Positions 11,027 through 23,808 of a stretch of DNA of 64,000 nucleotides are shown in pieces; position 1 is the stretch's first letter, and each line of letters opens with the position of its first letter. Location: NCBI RefSeq assembly GCF_018350175.1, contig NC_058368.1:39744001-39808000 (forward strand). Reading direction: 5' to 3'. Source of the DNA: Felis catus (taxonomy: Eukaryota). The notes under the pieces are model-generated. The model had not been told where the DNA came from. It did no database searches and worked only from the letters and a program-made list of their open reading frames with translations. A program made the position numbers and the translations under genes.

Positions 11027-13732
11027 AGTTACAACAATTTTTTGCTCGGAGCTCAACATTCCCTTTCTGCTCATAATTAGTATTCATGGACCTTCATTAC
11101 CTTGGCCCACATCTCTCATGAAAATTTGAAGATGTCCCCAGGCTCCTGAGATGTCTGTATTGCAAGGTTAGGAGCATGTTAGTATAGCTCCTTCAAGGTG
11201 AATAACAGCTTTGCCTGGAGACCTGAACTAATTAAAAAATGGTACAAGACTGAGTCTCTTGGGGATTTTAGAGACAACATGCACCACATTTGAGTATACT
11301 GCTCTTCATTCATACAATGACCACTAATACTCTCAACAAAAAGAGGTCCACAGGAAGGAAACATTCTTCATCTGTTCTAGAATGCAGTGGAAACAGATTT
11401 TTCATTTCGATCCAGATCTAACTGTACCTAAAGTATCTATTGCAGATAAGTAGGCTCCATGTATTCTACAGCAGACACTAATAGGAGAAACATAAAGTAG
11501 ACCCAGATCATTTTGGAACAAAGCAATAACTCCTTAGAAAATCAGGTGGTAACTTCAGATAATTCAGAATAGGTCTTAAAAGTTAAGCCTAGAGCCCATA
11601 TTTCCAGCTATTCCAAAACTATTCCAATTTGTAAGTCTCCTAATGTTCACATATATCCTTGCCCACTTCAATTATTGATTTCTGTTGTATGCAATGAAAT
11701 GTGAACCAATAAACCATATCTTTATGATGCAGCTCGGATTCTAAGTCCCAAACAGGGCACACTTAGAGTGTCTTAGCTTGAAATAATATCTCATTTTTCA
11801 GCTCTGCTATAGAATTTAAATTTCAACTTTGAAAAAATATTTGTCACACTGTCCTTGTATGTGTTACCCTTTTTATTAAGATGATGAATACTACTCTTAA
11901 ATGAATCTTGTCTATAATCGTAATAATATTCAGTTCAACATACTTAATATCAAAAAACTTCTAATTTCATTTATTTAAATTTCAATTTTAGCAAGTGAAC
12001 AAAATTAATCAGATGACAAACTTGGTTATCAAATAAACATATATTGTTTAGGATGGAGAAAAAAGGGAATTTAGTATTCTCCTCCCAAATGCCTATTTCA
12101 TCAATACAATTGGAAATGGTGAGTCAATTATTCATGCTAAGCATTATAAATGATATACTTCTTAATTGGTAAAGGTAAAGGGATGTGATAAACATTGCAT
12201 CATATATATTTTCCTAAAAAGCCTTTACTGATGTTGAGATAGGTTACTGAAGTATGGTCTATTCTGAACAACTAACATGTTTGGTTAAATATTTTATGTT
12301 TGTGCGACATTTTTACTAATAAATATTAGAAAAAAATGAAAGAGGATTTTGTGCAATACTCAATGCTGAATTTTTTAAATATTCATTTTAACTCTATTTT
12401 TGTGGTTCACATACACTTATTGCAGGCAAAAGAGTGGATCTGAGGACTACCGTGCCAGTTTCTTGAGTAAAGATGATAAAATGAAACATGGAAAGACAAA
12501 AGGCTTAGACATTTCCAAATGGGTTCTTTCGTTTGCAACTCACTCTGCTCAGGAATCACAGAACAGCTTTTAACAGCTAATAAATTGTGAAAAGTTACTT
12601 AAGGGAAAATATGAATCTACCCTAACAGGATGTTTGTTGTCCTGTTCTTGCTCTGTCTTCTACTGCTGTTTTATTCTTTAAGCTTTAAACAGGGCCATCA
12701 TCTTCTTTACGTCCAGGATATATTATATTTTATTTTATTTCTTTGTTGGGAAAAATAAGAAACTCTAACATCAAATAAATCATTTATTCATATTAGCTTC
12801 CATATATAATTTTCAAAGGTCCATGGGGTATTGATGCCATCCTTCTACTAAAAAGCTTTTGTGTTTCAAAGATCAGGATTTACTGGTCTTCAGTGTGAGG
12901 TCCTAACTTCAATGATTGACCAATCCAACTCATTTCCCTTAAGTTTGGGTGGAAATGCCAATTCAAAATGGGAAAATAAAATCCTATGTTGTGAAAATTC
13001 AGGAGTATACATTCTGAGCTAATAATTGGTAGCATTTTATGCACCATTATCTAAAGGGCATTATAAGAAACACTTTGTAAAGATGGGGTAAACTAAAATA
13101 AACATTGGAAATTTTATGACAACTTATGAGAGGCACATGTTCCTAGATTTCATAACAGAAATATTATTTACTACGTCGTCTTCCAATCACCATAGTGGTT
13201 TATAGGAAACTTAAAACCTACCACTGAAAAGTGTGTAAAAATTGATTGCACTCATTCTGCATACTAAACTCTCCTAGCTTCACTTGGTATTTGTACATAC
13301 ATTTTAGCTTTGAGATTCTCTCTCACTTATTTATTATAAATAATTAGATTTAATATATCATTGGAAGCTTCTTCTTCATTCTTTTGACTATCATTCATTG
13401 ATTTACATATTTACCTAGGCAACAAATTGCAATTAGTGGCCATTATATGGCATAAGGGTTGAAAATGTGAAATTGGTCAAAAAGGTGTGTCAATATCACA
13501 TATGTAAACTGATAGCACCTTTATTCAGATGCGTCATGTAGCTCTCATTTTGTGCCCTTGTGGTTTTTTATTTCCCCTGTATTGAACGCCTTCTTGAACT
13601 AAATCAGACATTTTGACACATGTAAAGCCGGAAGTGGAGAAGGTTAACATCTCATGTGGAGCACACATGCCTGAAGTTTTTGCATAATTATAATTTATTT
13701 TAAATTAAATTAAAGCCAATTCATATCCCAAA

Positions 13733-13817
13733 CTTTTAATGTTTATTTATTTATTATGAGAGAGAGAGAGAGTGGGAGACGGGCAGAGGAGAGGGAGAAA
13801 GAGAATGACAAGCAGAC
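13733..13817 (-). mobile_element. CAN-SINE 3' fragment (5'-truncated)
   Basis: TTTTAATGTTTATTTATT...GAGAGAG...GGGCAGAG...AGAATGACAAGCAG. Confidence 0.8.
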
Positions 13818-13884
13818 ATCCTTAACTCATTCTTAAATTACCACATTTATTGTCATTCAAATCATAGCAAAATCTAATTTTCTT

Positions 13885-14030
13885 GTTATTGTATCTCCAC
13901 CAGACCTTATTGGAAATAAAATCCAAATGGCAAAAAATCAGTTTTCTTTGTTAATTTTTATCTCCTTAGTGCACAGAAAAGCCCCTGGCATACAGAGTTT
14001 TCAATAAAAAATTGTTGCATTAATTAATAA
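13885..14030 (+). mobile_element. LINE-2 3' end relic
   Basis: TATCTCCTTAGTGCACAG...CCTGGCATACAG...TCAATAAA...TTGTTG. Confidence 0.55.
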
Positions 14031-14334
14031 ACAGAAGAATAGTGAAATAGAAAAACAAGAGGAGCAAGTCTGTGAATGTGAGGAAGAATGAAGAAATATG
14101 TAAGATGAAAAATTGAGTTTTAAACATGAAGTAAAATGTGGGTGGCAGATGATTCTGAATACAAGCAATCCTATCTAAATCTAAACTACTATTTAGGGGA
14201 AAACCATCAAAGAACGGCCCATAACTTCTCTCTAGAGGAAGATAACACAGCGGTATAAAACCTAATGAAAGAAGAGATTTTTAAATTGGATCAAAAGCTC
14301 ATGTGTCAATGCAGTCTGTCAAGAAAAATACAAC

Positions 14335-15445
14335 TTCAAAAGTCATATATTTTGTAGAGTACTCTTCAGTTGGGATTTGTCTGGTATTTTTCTTAAGATT
14401 ATATGTAGGTTATGGGTCAGAGATCAAGTATCACTATCATATCAAGAGTACAACCTGTCCACATAACTTATCACTGTTGATGTTAACCTTGGTCACCTAG
14501 GTTTCTTTACTGTGAAGTTGTGCTTTTTGTTTCCTATTTCATAGGATGCTCTTTGGAAGAAAGTCCCTCAGTGTAGCCCACACTTAAGTAGAGAGGAGTT
14601 ATGTATCACCTCCTTGAAGATAAAATATCTTCAAAAATTGGTTGGAATTCTTCACGGATGACTTCTATATTCTGCCCTATGTATTTTTTTTCCTCACTTA
14701 TTTATGTAAATATAGATGCATGAATACTTACTATATACTCTTGGTATAATTTAATATTCTGAATTTAATATGTTTGTTCATGTTTTCCTAGCTTTGTCAA
14801 TTGGTCCTTTTTTTTTCAGTTAACACTTCTATCCCTTTGACATAAACTCATCATTATGTATTGCTATTGTTGAGCACATCCCTGCTTCCTGGCATGACAA
14901 GATGCTTCAGGTTCATATTATATGTTTCCCGCCCCAGTCCTATAATCAGCCATATGTCCAAGCTCCCACCCTCTGCCATCCATCTACTTAATTGTTCAGT
15001 TCTAGTATACACATATAGTGCATGTGTATGTTTCAGAGTTTTTAACCAAAATCCCATAGAAAATTTTATTCACTAAAGTAGGGTTTTTTTATGTTCAGTA
15101 CCTTTTGACTTTATTCTTACAGAATCCACTTATTGCCAAAACTACTTAGGTCAACATCTTTTCCATCACTACCCCATGCAGTGATGTTGTTTCATATATT
15201 TGTAATATAGCTAGATTGCTTTGTCATATTGGATGCTCCATTCTGGTATCTTCCAGCCTCCTAAATAAATTTTTAAATCTGCATATAATAAGGTTCATTT
15301 TGTATAGTATGGGTCTAAATGTATAAGGTCATTTATCCACAATACTGTAGCATATAGAATATTTTAACCACCTTAAACAATCCTGTCCTTTACCTATTAG
15401 TTTTTCTCAGCCTAATTAGCTTTTAACTAGTGATCTATCTACCAT
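14335..15445 (-). mobile_element. Old LINE-1 3'UTR (L1MC/L1MD-like)
   Basis: TTGGGATTTGTCTG, ACTTATCACTGTTGATGTTAACCTTG, CTTTGGAAGAAAGTC, GCCCACACTTAAG and ACAAGATGCTTCAGGTTCA match the reversed L1MC/MD 3' end. Confidence 0.75.
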
Positions 15446-15466
15446 CTCCACAGTCCCTACATTTTT

Positions 15467-15682
15467 TAAAAAAAAATTTAATGTTTATTTATTTTTGAGA
15501 GAGAGAGAGACAGAGACAGAGATAGAGCACGAATGGGGGAAGGGCAGAGAGAGGGGGAGACTCAGAGTCCAAGCAGGCTCCAGGATCTGAGCTGTCAGCA
15601 CAGAGACCGACATGGGCTTGAACTGAGATCATGACCTGAGCTGAGGTTGGGACACTTAGCCGACTGAGTCACTCAGGCACCC
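15467..15682 (-). mobile_element. CAN-SINE (older copy)
   Basis: Full SINE; TSD TC(C/T)ACAGTCC(C/T)TACATTTTT. Confidence 0.95.
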
Positions 15683-15704
15683 TTCTACAGTCCTTACATT
15701 TTTA

Positions 15705-15929
15705 TTTTTATTTTTATTTTTTCAACGTCTATTTATTTTTGGGACAGAGAGAGACAGAGCATGAACGGGGGAGGGGCAGAGAGAGAGGGAGACACAGAAT
15801 CGGAAACAGGCTCCAGGCTCCAAGCCAGCCATCAGCCCAGAGCCTGACGCGGGGCTCGAACTCACGGACCGCGAGATCGTGACCTGGCTGAAGTCGGACG
15901 CTTAACCGACTGCGCCACCCAGGCGCCCC
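15705..15929 (-). mobile_element. Young SINEC_Fc-type SINE inserted into the TSD of the previous SINE
   Basis: CpG-intact; perfect 15-bp TSD GTCCTTACATTTTTA at 15690-15704 and 15930-15944. Confidence 0.95.
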
Positions 15930-16920
15930 GTCCTTACATTTTTAAAAATAAAATCATGTTTTTGTATTTTTACTTTGTTATTCTTTAATAATATAAATAA
16001 TATCAAAAATTGGCAGTGCTAGGGGCGACAATGTGATTTCTAAAAGATATTTGACAGAATATCCTTTGATGACATGATGTTTTCTATAAATGTGACATAT
16101 ATTTAAAATGAATCAAGCAATTGTGCAAATGAAAAATATCCTGCTTACTAAATCATGCACGGACCCTTTAATAGACCTCTACACTGCAACTCACAAGTCA
16201 TCAGGAATACAAGTTAAAATACTGAGAAAATCTAGGGATGAAATATGCTTATAACATATCATTGTAAAAGTTGAAAAAAAATGAATCTCAAGCTTGTACT
16301 AAGTGGAGTGTAATGTTCTAAACAGGAAGAATTGGGGTCTGTGCAAGAGTCACAGAATATGATCCAAATATAAAATATGAAATGTTCAAAATAAACATAG
16401 ATATAAATTAGTATGAGCAAGGACGAGTTTGAACAATAGAGGATCTTAGCACATTTGACATGTGAGACATAGGAAGCAAGTTTGAGTAATAAGCACATTT
16501 CAGAACATTATGTCTGCCACCTAAAGCTTGTGAATATGGTATAGTTTTTGTTAATGAAGGTACCATTCCTTAAGCAGGGCAATTATGGTGTTGCGAAGTA
16601 GAGAAAAGATGGAAGAATTAATGAAGCTTTGCAAGTGTTTCCTAGTGCTAAAGCATGGTAATCCATACCTTCTTTCCAGGCTCTTAATTGTCCTTACAAG
16701 TCTCAAGATCCCAAAATTCCCATGATGGTTCTCCAGACATTAAAAAAATATCTGGTAGACACGGGGTGAAGAGGAGAGAGCTCCAATCATGCATACACAA
16801 AAATTTATTGTGTATCAGAAAAGTGCCATAAATTTTGCAAGGCAGAATGTAGAATTAAATGACATATTTTCTGCCTTTTAGAAATCAGTAGCAATTTTTA
16901 CGATAGAAAAGTAAACAAGC

Positions 16921-17164
16921 TGGGGCGCCTGGGTGGCGCAGTCGGTTAAGCGTCCGACTTCAGCCAGGTCACGATCTCACGGTCCGTGAGTTCGAGCCCC
17001 GCGTCAGTTCGAGCCCCGCGTCGGGTTCTGGGCTGATGGCTCGGAGCCTGGAGCCTGTTTCCGATTCTGTGTCTCCCTCTCTCTCTGCCCCTCCCCCGTT
17101 CATGCTCTGTCTCTCTCTGTCCCAAAAATAAATAAACGTTGAAAAAAAAAATTTAAAAAAAAAA
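16921..17164 (+). mobile_element. Young SINEC_Fc-type SINE with duplicated B-box
   Basis: Perfect 16-bp TSD AGAAAAGTAAACAAGC (16905-16920, 17165-17180); AGTTCGAGCCCCGCGTC occurs twice in tandem. Confidence 0.95.
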
Positions 17165-19344
17165 AGAAAAGTAAACAAGCAGTTACAAAATAATATAATA
17201 AATGCTATACTAAAGTACTGAGATTGCTTATCTTAGTTAGAAGCTTTTCTAGGAAGGCCAGATACCTTTTTATCTAAATTTGATATGTTTCATATTACAG
17301 ACTATCCATGGTTCAGATTTGCATGATACATTGGGTTTCCCAGGAAGCACTAAAGCTCCCTCAGCCAGATTTCATGCTTCCAAAATTAAGTGAAGCTGTT
17401 GGGGTATTTTCTGAATAAAAGTAAGATCAGGTTGTCTTATTATTGAATTAAGTGATAAGAATTGGTGATTAACCATATGGACCACATGTAAGGGGTTAGA
17501 GAGAGAATGAAAGCAGGTGAATATTAATTAGCTCATAGTTATTCTGAGGATAAAAGGAAGCAATTTATCTGAAAGCAATTTGAAATACAATAAAAGAAAA
17601 GTTGACATTTACTAGGTTTCCCACAAAATTTCTATAATCTAACACTTTAAAGAGGGAGTGGAGATGAGTGCTGGTAAATAATTAAATATTACCAAAATGA
17701 ATTGTTGTAACTCAGGTATTGTGCCTGGTATATTTTCACAATTTCTACTTCTTATGACCTATGGAGAAATTAAAAATGTAATAAATTGCTTGTGTATACC
17801 CTCATTACCTGCAATAGTTTTGTCTTTAAAAAAACAAAAAAACTCCTTGTAAGAAACCAGCAAGGACATAAAAAATATCTTATGACCCACCTCACCTTGC
17901 TTATCTCTACTATGAATATTTCAATTGAATAATTTAACAATGCTGGATTCCAGCACTCTCATGTTGGCAAATGGCTAAATTGCACTGTTCTCACTAACTA
18001 TATTCACAAATGGGCCATGCCTTATTTCTACACATATTCTTATTTTGCCCCACATTCTACTGGGGATTCTTTTGTTGGCCTGTTCTATAAGCAGACCAAA
18101 AATAATATGGTAACCCCAACTGCAAATGTATTAGTGACCTTGACAGTTATAAAATATCTCTGTGCTCTTGTGCCAAGTGGAAGCCCAGTTTTACACATTT
18201 TAACAACAAAAATAGTGCTAGAGTAAAATTGCAGAGAAAGGTGTAATTTGTTATACTCCTGCTGGACGTTAATGATGTGCTAGCAAATAATAGCACTTTT
18301 ACTCATGGCAGATGAAGATACCAGTCTAAGATTACCAGAGGGAAGAAAGCATGATTTAAAAAACTCAATTTCTCTATAAAATACCCAGATTAGAAATCCT
18401 TTCAATGATATGTAAAGCTGGTAGTGTAACAGGAGATCTTTGCTTTGTTTTTTGTTTTTTATTTTTTTATTTATTTTTTCTTTTCTCCTTAAGAGTTAGG
18501 AGACTCAATAACTGAAGGAGCCTTGATAAGATTTGGAAATTTTTGAGTGTTGTTGACTTATCAGAGAACCACAGCTTATCATGTAAATGTAATGCATGCA
18601 AATTTGTAAAGATAAGAGGCAGGCACTTTTATAGTCTTACTGAAAGAGATACTTGCTAGGTGAGATGACAGTACCTTGAAACTTGATTCTATTTATTGAC
18701 TCACAGTGGATATAAAGAATACAAATAAATTTCACTTGGAGATGAAGAAAATAAATAGAAACTGAAGATTTTTCAATAGCGTAGAGAGGAAAAATCACTT
18801 CAGATATAAGGGAGAATATTCTGAAAGGTGTAGCAAAAGGGAAAAAAATGAGAAACTAGATGTTATATGATTTTAGGCCCTTTTCCATCAAGGACAAAAT
18901 TTTAAATAAATTAGTCATGCAGAAGCTAAACTGTGCCCCTTATTGGCTTACTCATTTTTGAGTATTGCCCCTGCCAAGTATTCTTAAATCTATTTCCTGA
19001 AATGAGCATCTTCCAATTCACCAAACTTCATCTCCCATTTCCACAACTGATTCTCCCATGTAGACAATGTTGTCAATTTGAACTGTTCTACTACTGAAAT
19101 GTAGGGCTCCATACTTCTCCCAATATATCCCTTGGATATCCCTGCATATCTCCGTTTCACTATTTCTATTCTCATATATTACTGTATTCTTCCAGTTCCT
19201 TAACTGGTTTTTCCCTTTCTTTCTGTCATGTTTCTATTTTCCTCCATCCTTCCCTTTCTTTTCTACCCAACCTATATATATTGGTACATCACTTTGACCA
19301 GGATCTTCTGTTCTGACTGTCTACTCTTACCCTCCACTCTCTCT

Positions 19345-19543
19345 TTTTTTCTTTTGATTTTTAATGTTTCTATTTATTTTTGAGAGAGAAAGAGACAGAG
19401 TGAGTGGAGTAGGAGCAGAAGAATCTGAAGCAGGCTCCAGGCTGTCAGCACAGAGCCTGATGCGGGGCTCGAACTCACAAGCCGTGAGATCATGACCTGA
19501 GCTGAGGTAGGACGCTCAACCCACTGAGCCACCTAGGCGTCCC
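19345..19543 (-). mobile_element. CAN-SINE
   Basis: Reverse SINE ending GAGCCACCTAGGCGTCCC; TSD about TCCACTCTCT. Confidence 0.95.
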
Positions 19544-19849
19544 ATCCACTCTCTTCTTTCTAATGAATTTCTGAAAAATTAAAGGTGTCCACACTTGTGA
19601 TTTTTCCTGTCTCCATTTATAAGATATTCCAAATAGTTAGCATTCTTCTTTTACACCAAACCTACTCTAAAAATTTATTTTGTAACTATTTCATTGGCAA
19701 AATAGAGATCATCTGTCATGAAATTAATCAATTACCTTTATCTCCCATTATTAAGTCGCTTTACATCTTTGTTCATCATTATCTCACTTTTCCCTTAGGC
19801 AGAAGGACTAATCTGAATTCCTTTCCAGAAACAACTTTTGCGACCTGTC

Positions 19850-20600
19850 TTGGACAGGCTTATATATCAAACTGCCTACTTGATATCTCTGACTGGGATG
19901 CTAAGACACTTCTTAAAATTTCTATGTTCAACAATGTACTTCTGATTTTCCCCACACCCAAAATCTGCTCCACCCATAGGTTTCCCATTTTCATTCAGGT
20001 CAACTCTATCTTTCCATCTGTTTAGAGCAAATACACTACAGTCATCCCTGAGTCCTCTTTTTTACATATAAACAGCTTTAATAGGCAAGAAATCTTGTTG
20101 GTTCCACCTCCAAAATATATACAGATATAAAAATAGTACAGTATCAAAGTGAATTTCATGACTTTGATTATTCAACTCTGGTTAAAGGAAATGTCCTTGT
20201 TTTTAGGAAGCATAGAAAATAAAAAGTTAAAAAATATATTATTCTAAAGGAAAAAGTATGTATGTCCAGAATCCACATATTTCTCATTCTATACACTGCT
20301 ATTCCCCATAAGAGCCACCATCACCTTCACTTAGGTATCTGAACAGCCTTTTCACCAGTCTCCTTAGATCTTCCTTATCAATTCCCCATGGTTCCCACAA
20401 CTTACTATTAATAGCTGCCATAATATTCTTTCAAATTTATAATCTAGAGCATGACAATATTCTGCAATAAACCACAATGGTTTCTCATATCACTCAGGGT
20501 AAAATCCAAAGTCTTAACATGACTTAAAATATCTGGAATATTTTCATCCCTTATTACTTTTTTTGATCTCAGGTCTTTCTATCCCCTGCCTCTCTCAGTC
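19850..20600 (+). mobile_element. LINE-2 relic, interrupted at about 20125-20260 by a short L1M 3' fragment
   Basis: AACTGCCTACTTGATATCTC, TCTGTTTAGAGCAAA...GTCATCCCTGAGTCCTC, CCTCCAAAATATAT and CTCAGGGTAAAATCCAAAGTC are L2 hallmarks. Confidence 0.7.
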
Positions 20601-20612
20601 CAAGCAAGAGAT

Positions 20613-20644
20613 GGGGGGAGGGGGGGGAGGGGAGGGGAAGGGGG
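20613..20644 (+). repeat. G-rich tract G6AG8AG4AG4AAG5 (G-quadruplex-capable)
   Basis: Direct reading. Confidence 0.85.
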
Positions 20645-21309
20645 CACTGTTCATGGAAGGGGGTCATTAGGGTGGCACATAGCTATGTAGCATCTAAAAA
20701 TCACCTTACAAACCCTCGTTCTAGTCACACTTTTGGAAAAGATACCCAAAAACTGTTGGATAGGTGGATATTCAAAATTTATATGGCAAAAATAAAATGA
20801 TATATGCTTGGCCACCTGTCTTTTCCAAATCATATACCCTTCATCACACTTTGGGGATTTTGAAGTAATTGGTCATATCTGCTCTAACGTTTTAGGCTCC
20901 TTGATGCCAGGGACCTAGGCAAGTACTATACACTGCAAGGCTCATAATCTTAGCTCAGTTAATATCCCACTGATTAATATCAAGATTCTCTCCTAAACTT
21001 CTTCAGATTAGTGAATACTTTGGAAACTCTTTAGCTTTTGACTGTTCAAATATGTATGCCTATACTCTTAAGTGCCTCTTTACTATAGTTTGAGGTCAAA
21101 TACTAGCCTCTTTTCCTTTACCTGAAATAGTACCCTGTATGCTACAATCAAATTGAATTTGCTTCTTCAGTCCCAAGTGATTTAGAAATAAAGATTATAA
21201 CCATTTGTTGGAGTTCTGTACACAAATATCCAACTGTATGAATATATTATATCTGGGTGTATAAAATTAAAAATGGTGTCACAGGATGAGGCGGATGAGA
21301 TGAGGATCT

Positions 21310-21880
21310 TTGAGCAATGTTAAGCATTTTAGATATAATTTAAAAAAGAGAGGTTATGTAATGGGGTATTAGTTAGATTTCCATTATTTTCAAAGAATGC
21401 TCTAAGTGCAATGCAGAACACATATTTCTGGAAATCAAGCTTCCATGGTAAGTTAAAATGCAATATTCACATAAGAAATGATTCTGGCTTGAGTCAGGCT
21501 GATGGGACAGGAGGGAGAATAAATATATGTGAGAGAATTTGTATACGGAATTAAGAGATTGTCATCATTAATTAGGCATAAAATTGAGGAAGAAGTCAGT
21601 GATACATTCCAGATTTCTACCTTTGTATATGTTCACTTTTAACCAGCAAGTGAAGATAGAAAGAATAGCAGGGATATTTTTGGGTGAGTAATGATCTCAG
21701 TTTTTATTATTTTTAATATTAGCCCCTGAAAGTGATATCTAAAAGGCAATTGTAAAAATAGATCTGAAGCTCAAAAATATGTTCTGTGTACAGTATATTA
21801 GATTTTGGAGTTCTAACACACACATGGCAGCCAAAGAAGTGAGAATGAATGAGATGTCTTGGGGAAAAGTGTAAATTGCA
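21310..21880 (-). mobile_element. LINE-2 relic
   Basis: AGAAATGATTCTGGCTTGA, GATATCTAAAAGGCAATTG...ATCTGAAGCTCA, AGATTTTGGAGT, GAGAATGAATGAGAT. Confidence 0.55.
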
Positions 21881-22152
21881 GTTCACAAAGCCAAATACTA
21901 CCCTGGTTGTTTGGATAACAAAAACAAGTAAAGCTTTCCAAATCTAAGAGTAGTAGAGAAGGTTTTGAACTGGAGACCACATGCTTCACTTCATGGAGTC
22001 AGCTGGCCTTCAACACTAGGGAATCATTAGATCATCTAATTTGGAATGGAAACCAAATGTCTACATTTTGAATACACTGTTCTTTGCATATTATGGTAAT
22101 TCTTGTAGCAAGCAAAGAAATGGTCTCTGAATGTCATAAGTAAAAAGGTGCA

Positions 22153-22365
22153 TTTTTTTATTTATTTACTTTGGGAGGAAGAGAGAGTGTGCCCATGAGC
22201 ATGAGTCGGGGAGGGGCAGAGAGAAAGAGGGAGAGAGAGCATAGCAAGCAGGCTATAGACCCAGCGTAGAGCTCAATGTGGGGCTCGATCCTGTGTCCAT
22301 GAGATCATGATCTGAGCCACCATCAAGAGTCAGCCGCCTAACTGACTGAGCCATCCATGTGCCAC
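22153..22365 (-). mobile_element. CAN-SINE
   Basis: Reverse SINE; TSD AGGTGCATTTTT. Confidence 0.9.
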
Positions 22366-22998
22366 AATAGGTGCATTTTTCATGATATTTATCTTCACAT
22401 AACTGGTGGGATACTACAGAGTGTTTCAGGCTTGCAAAGCAGACAGGAATCAAGGAGTTTTAGTGAGCTTGGCATCATGAGTAATCTGTCTAAAACATCT
22501 CCAACATAATAAACACTGAACATTAGCTCAGTTCCATTTCTACCTTTCTAACTCTAGATTTAAAGCTCCAAAAGGGAATGTCTGATTGGCCAATCCAAGG
22601 GCAAACATCTCTGTGTCAGTAATAAGCAGGTACAAAGTAGGTTTACTCACTTTGCTTTCCTACATGGTAAGAAGGTCACTGAATTCTGTCATCACTACAC
22701 ATTAGGGGATATTCCTTTAAGAGGAGTGGAGAATCCATGCTGGAGAGTTAAATATCTTCTCCAAAAAAGTAATGAATGCTTTATTTAAAACACTATGTGC
22801 TGAACACAAATATCCAGCCCAGTTTTGGCTCAAAAGCAAAGTCATGCACCATCATCTAATAATGATAGAGCAAGAAAGAAAGAAAGATTGGCTTGGACTA
22901 ATAAGTACTAAAATTTAAGGAATGACTATAGTGAACAGATATCAGGTCCAACTAATATTTCCTGCAAGGTTTCAAGAAAAATATCTGGTGTCATTAGG

Positions 22999-23000
<2 letters not shown>

Positions 23001-23038
<38 letters not shown>
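23001..23038. repeat. (TA)19 microsatellite
   Basis: Direct reading. Confidence 0.95.
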
Positions 23039-23047
<9 letters not shown>

Positions 23048-23589
23048 ATATTAATTGGACAGGCTATACAGCAATATGCATAAATGGTTTAATGCCTCAC
23101 ACTAAAATGCATCCTTTGGATTTTGTAATGTGGGGATTAGAATCTAGTTCTGGGAGTAGAAACCAGATTTTAGAAGGTGAAAAATAACGATTTCATAAAA
23201 ATGTTTAGATAACCATTATAGACAACTTGTTGAAAAATTTGGCTATGAAGTGAAATAGCGAGGTAAGGCAAAAACTAAATAGGAGCTCTCTGAAGCCTTG
23301 AAAGGGGAGAGAGATGAACATGTTTAAATGATAATGTGGCATATATAGAAAGAGAGAGACTAATTATCTAGAAGTAAGCAGATAATCATTAAATTGAAAG
23401 CTAAGCTGAGAAATGACCCAAAAATGTAGGTAGAGGGATTAGAGATAGATAGAATCAATGTGTGCCTCTTCCTGAGTAGTAAGTGAGGCTGAGGAGAATC
23501 CTAAAAGGAAGAGGTTTGTGAACTGGTGGTGGGTGCTGAGAATGTTCCTTTCAACCAACTGACAAACTGAAATAGAAGAAAATATGAGA

Positions 23590-23808
23590 CGGGTGCTTGG
23601 GTGGCTCAGTCGGTTGAGGGACTGATTTCTGCTCAGGTCATGATCTCTCAGTTTGTGGGTTCGAGCCCTGTGTCAGGCTCTGTGCTGACAGCTCAGAGTC
23701 TGGAGCCTGCTTTGGATTCTGTGTCTCCCTCTCTCTGCCCCTTCCCCACTCATGCTTTGTCTCTCTCTTTCTCTCAAAAAAGAATAAATGTTAAAAAGAA
23801 TTTTTAAA
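23590..23808 (+). mobile_element. CAN-SINE
   Basis: Head, B box and tail; TSD GAAAATATGAGA. Confidence 0.95.

Larger units (their letters stand above)
10440..11560 (+). mobile_element. Degraded ERV-L-type pol (reverse transcriptase region), interrupted by A27 and a SINE
   Basis: 10546 onward translates KTDAS*RIAVNYCKLNGAMIPIATDVSDIDYLMGQ...HPWY, against recalled ERV-L [37 protein letters not shown]...GTWY; nucleotide similarity continues at 11170-11310 (GGAGCATGT...AAGGTGAA; GGATTTTAGAGACAACAT...CATTTG). Confidence 0.7.

Noticed and set aside
16921..17022. tRNA-like A/B boxes as tRNA genes
   Set aside because: They continue into SINE body, CT region and A tail with TSDs, so they are SINE heads
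17941..17955. Palindrome TGCTGGA-T-TCCAGCA
   Set aside because: A 7-bp-arm palindrome is expected by chance in 64 kb
19585..20025. 146-aa plus-strand ORF
   Set aside because: Non-ATG start, overlaps a degraded L2, no splice or domain support
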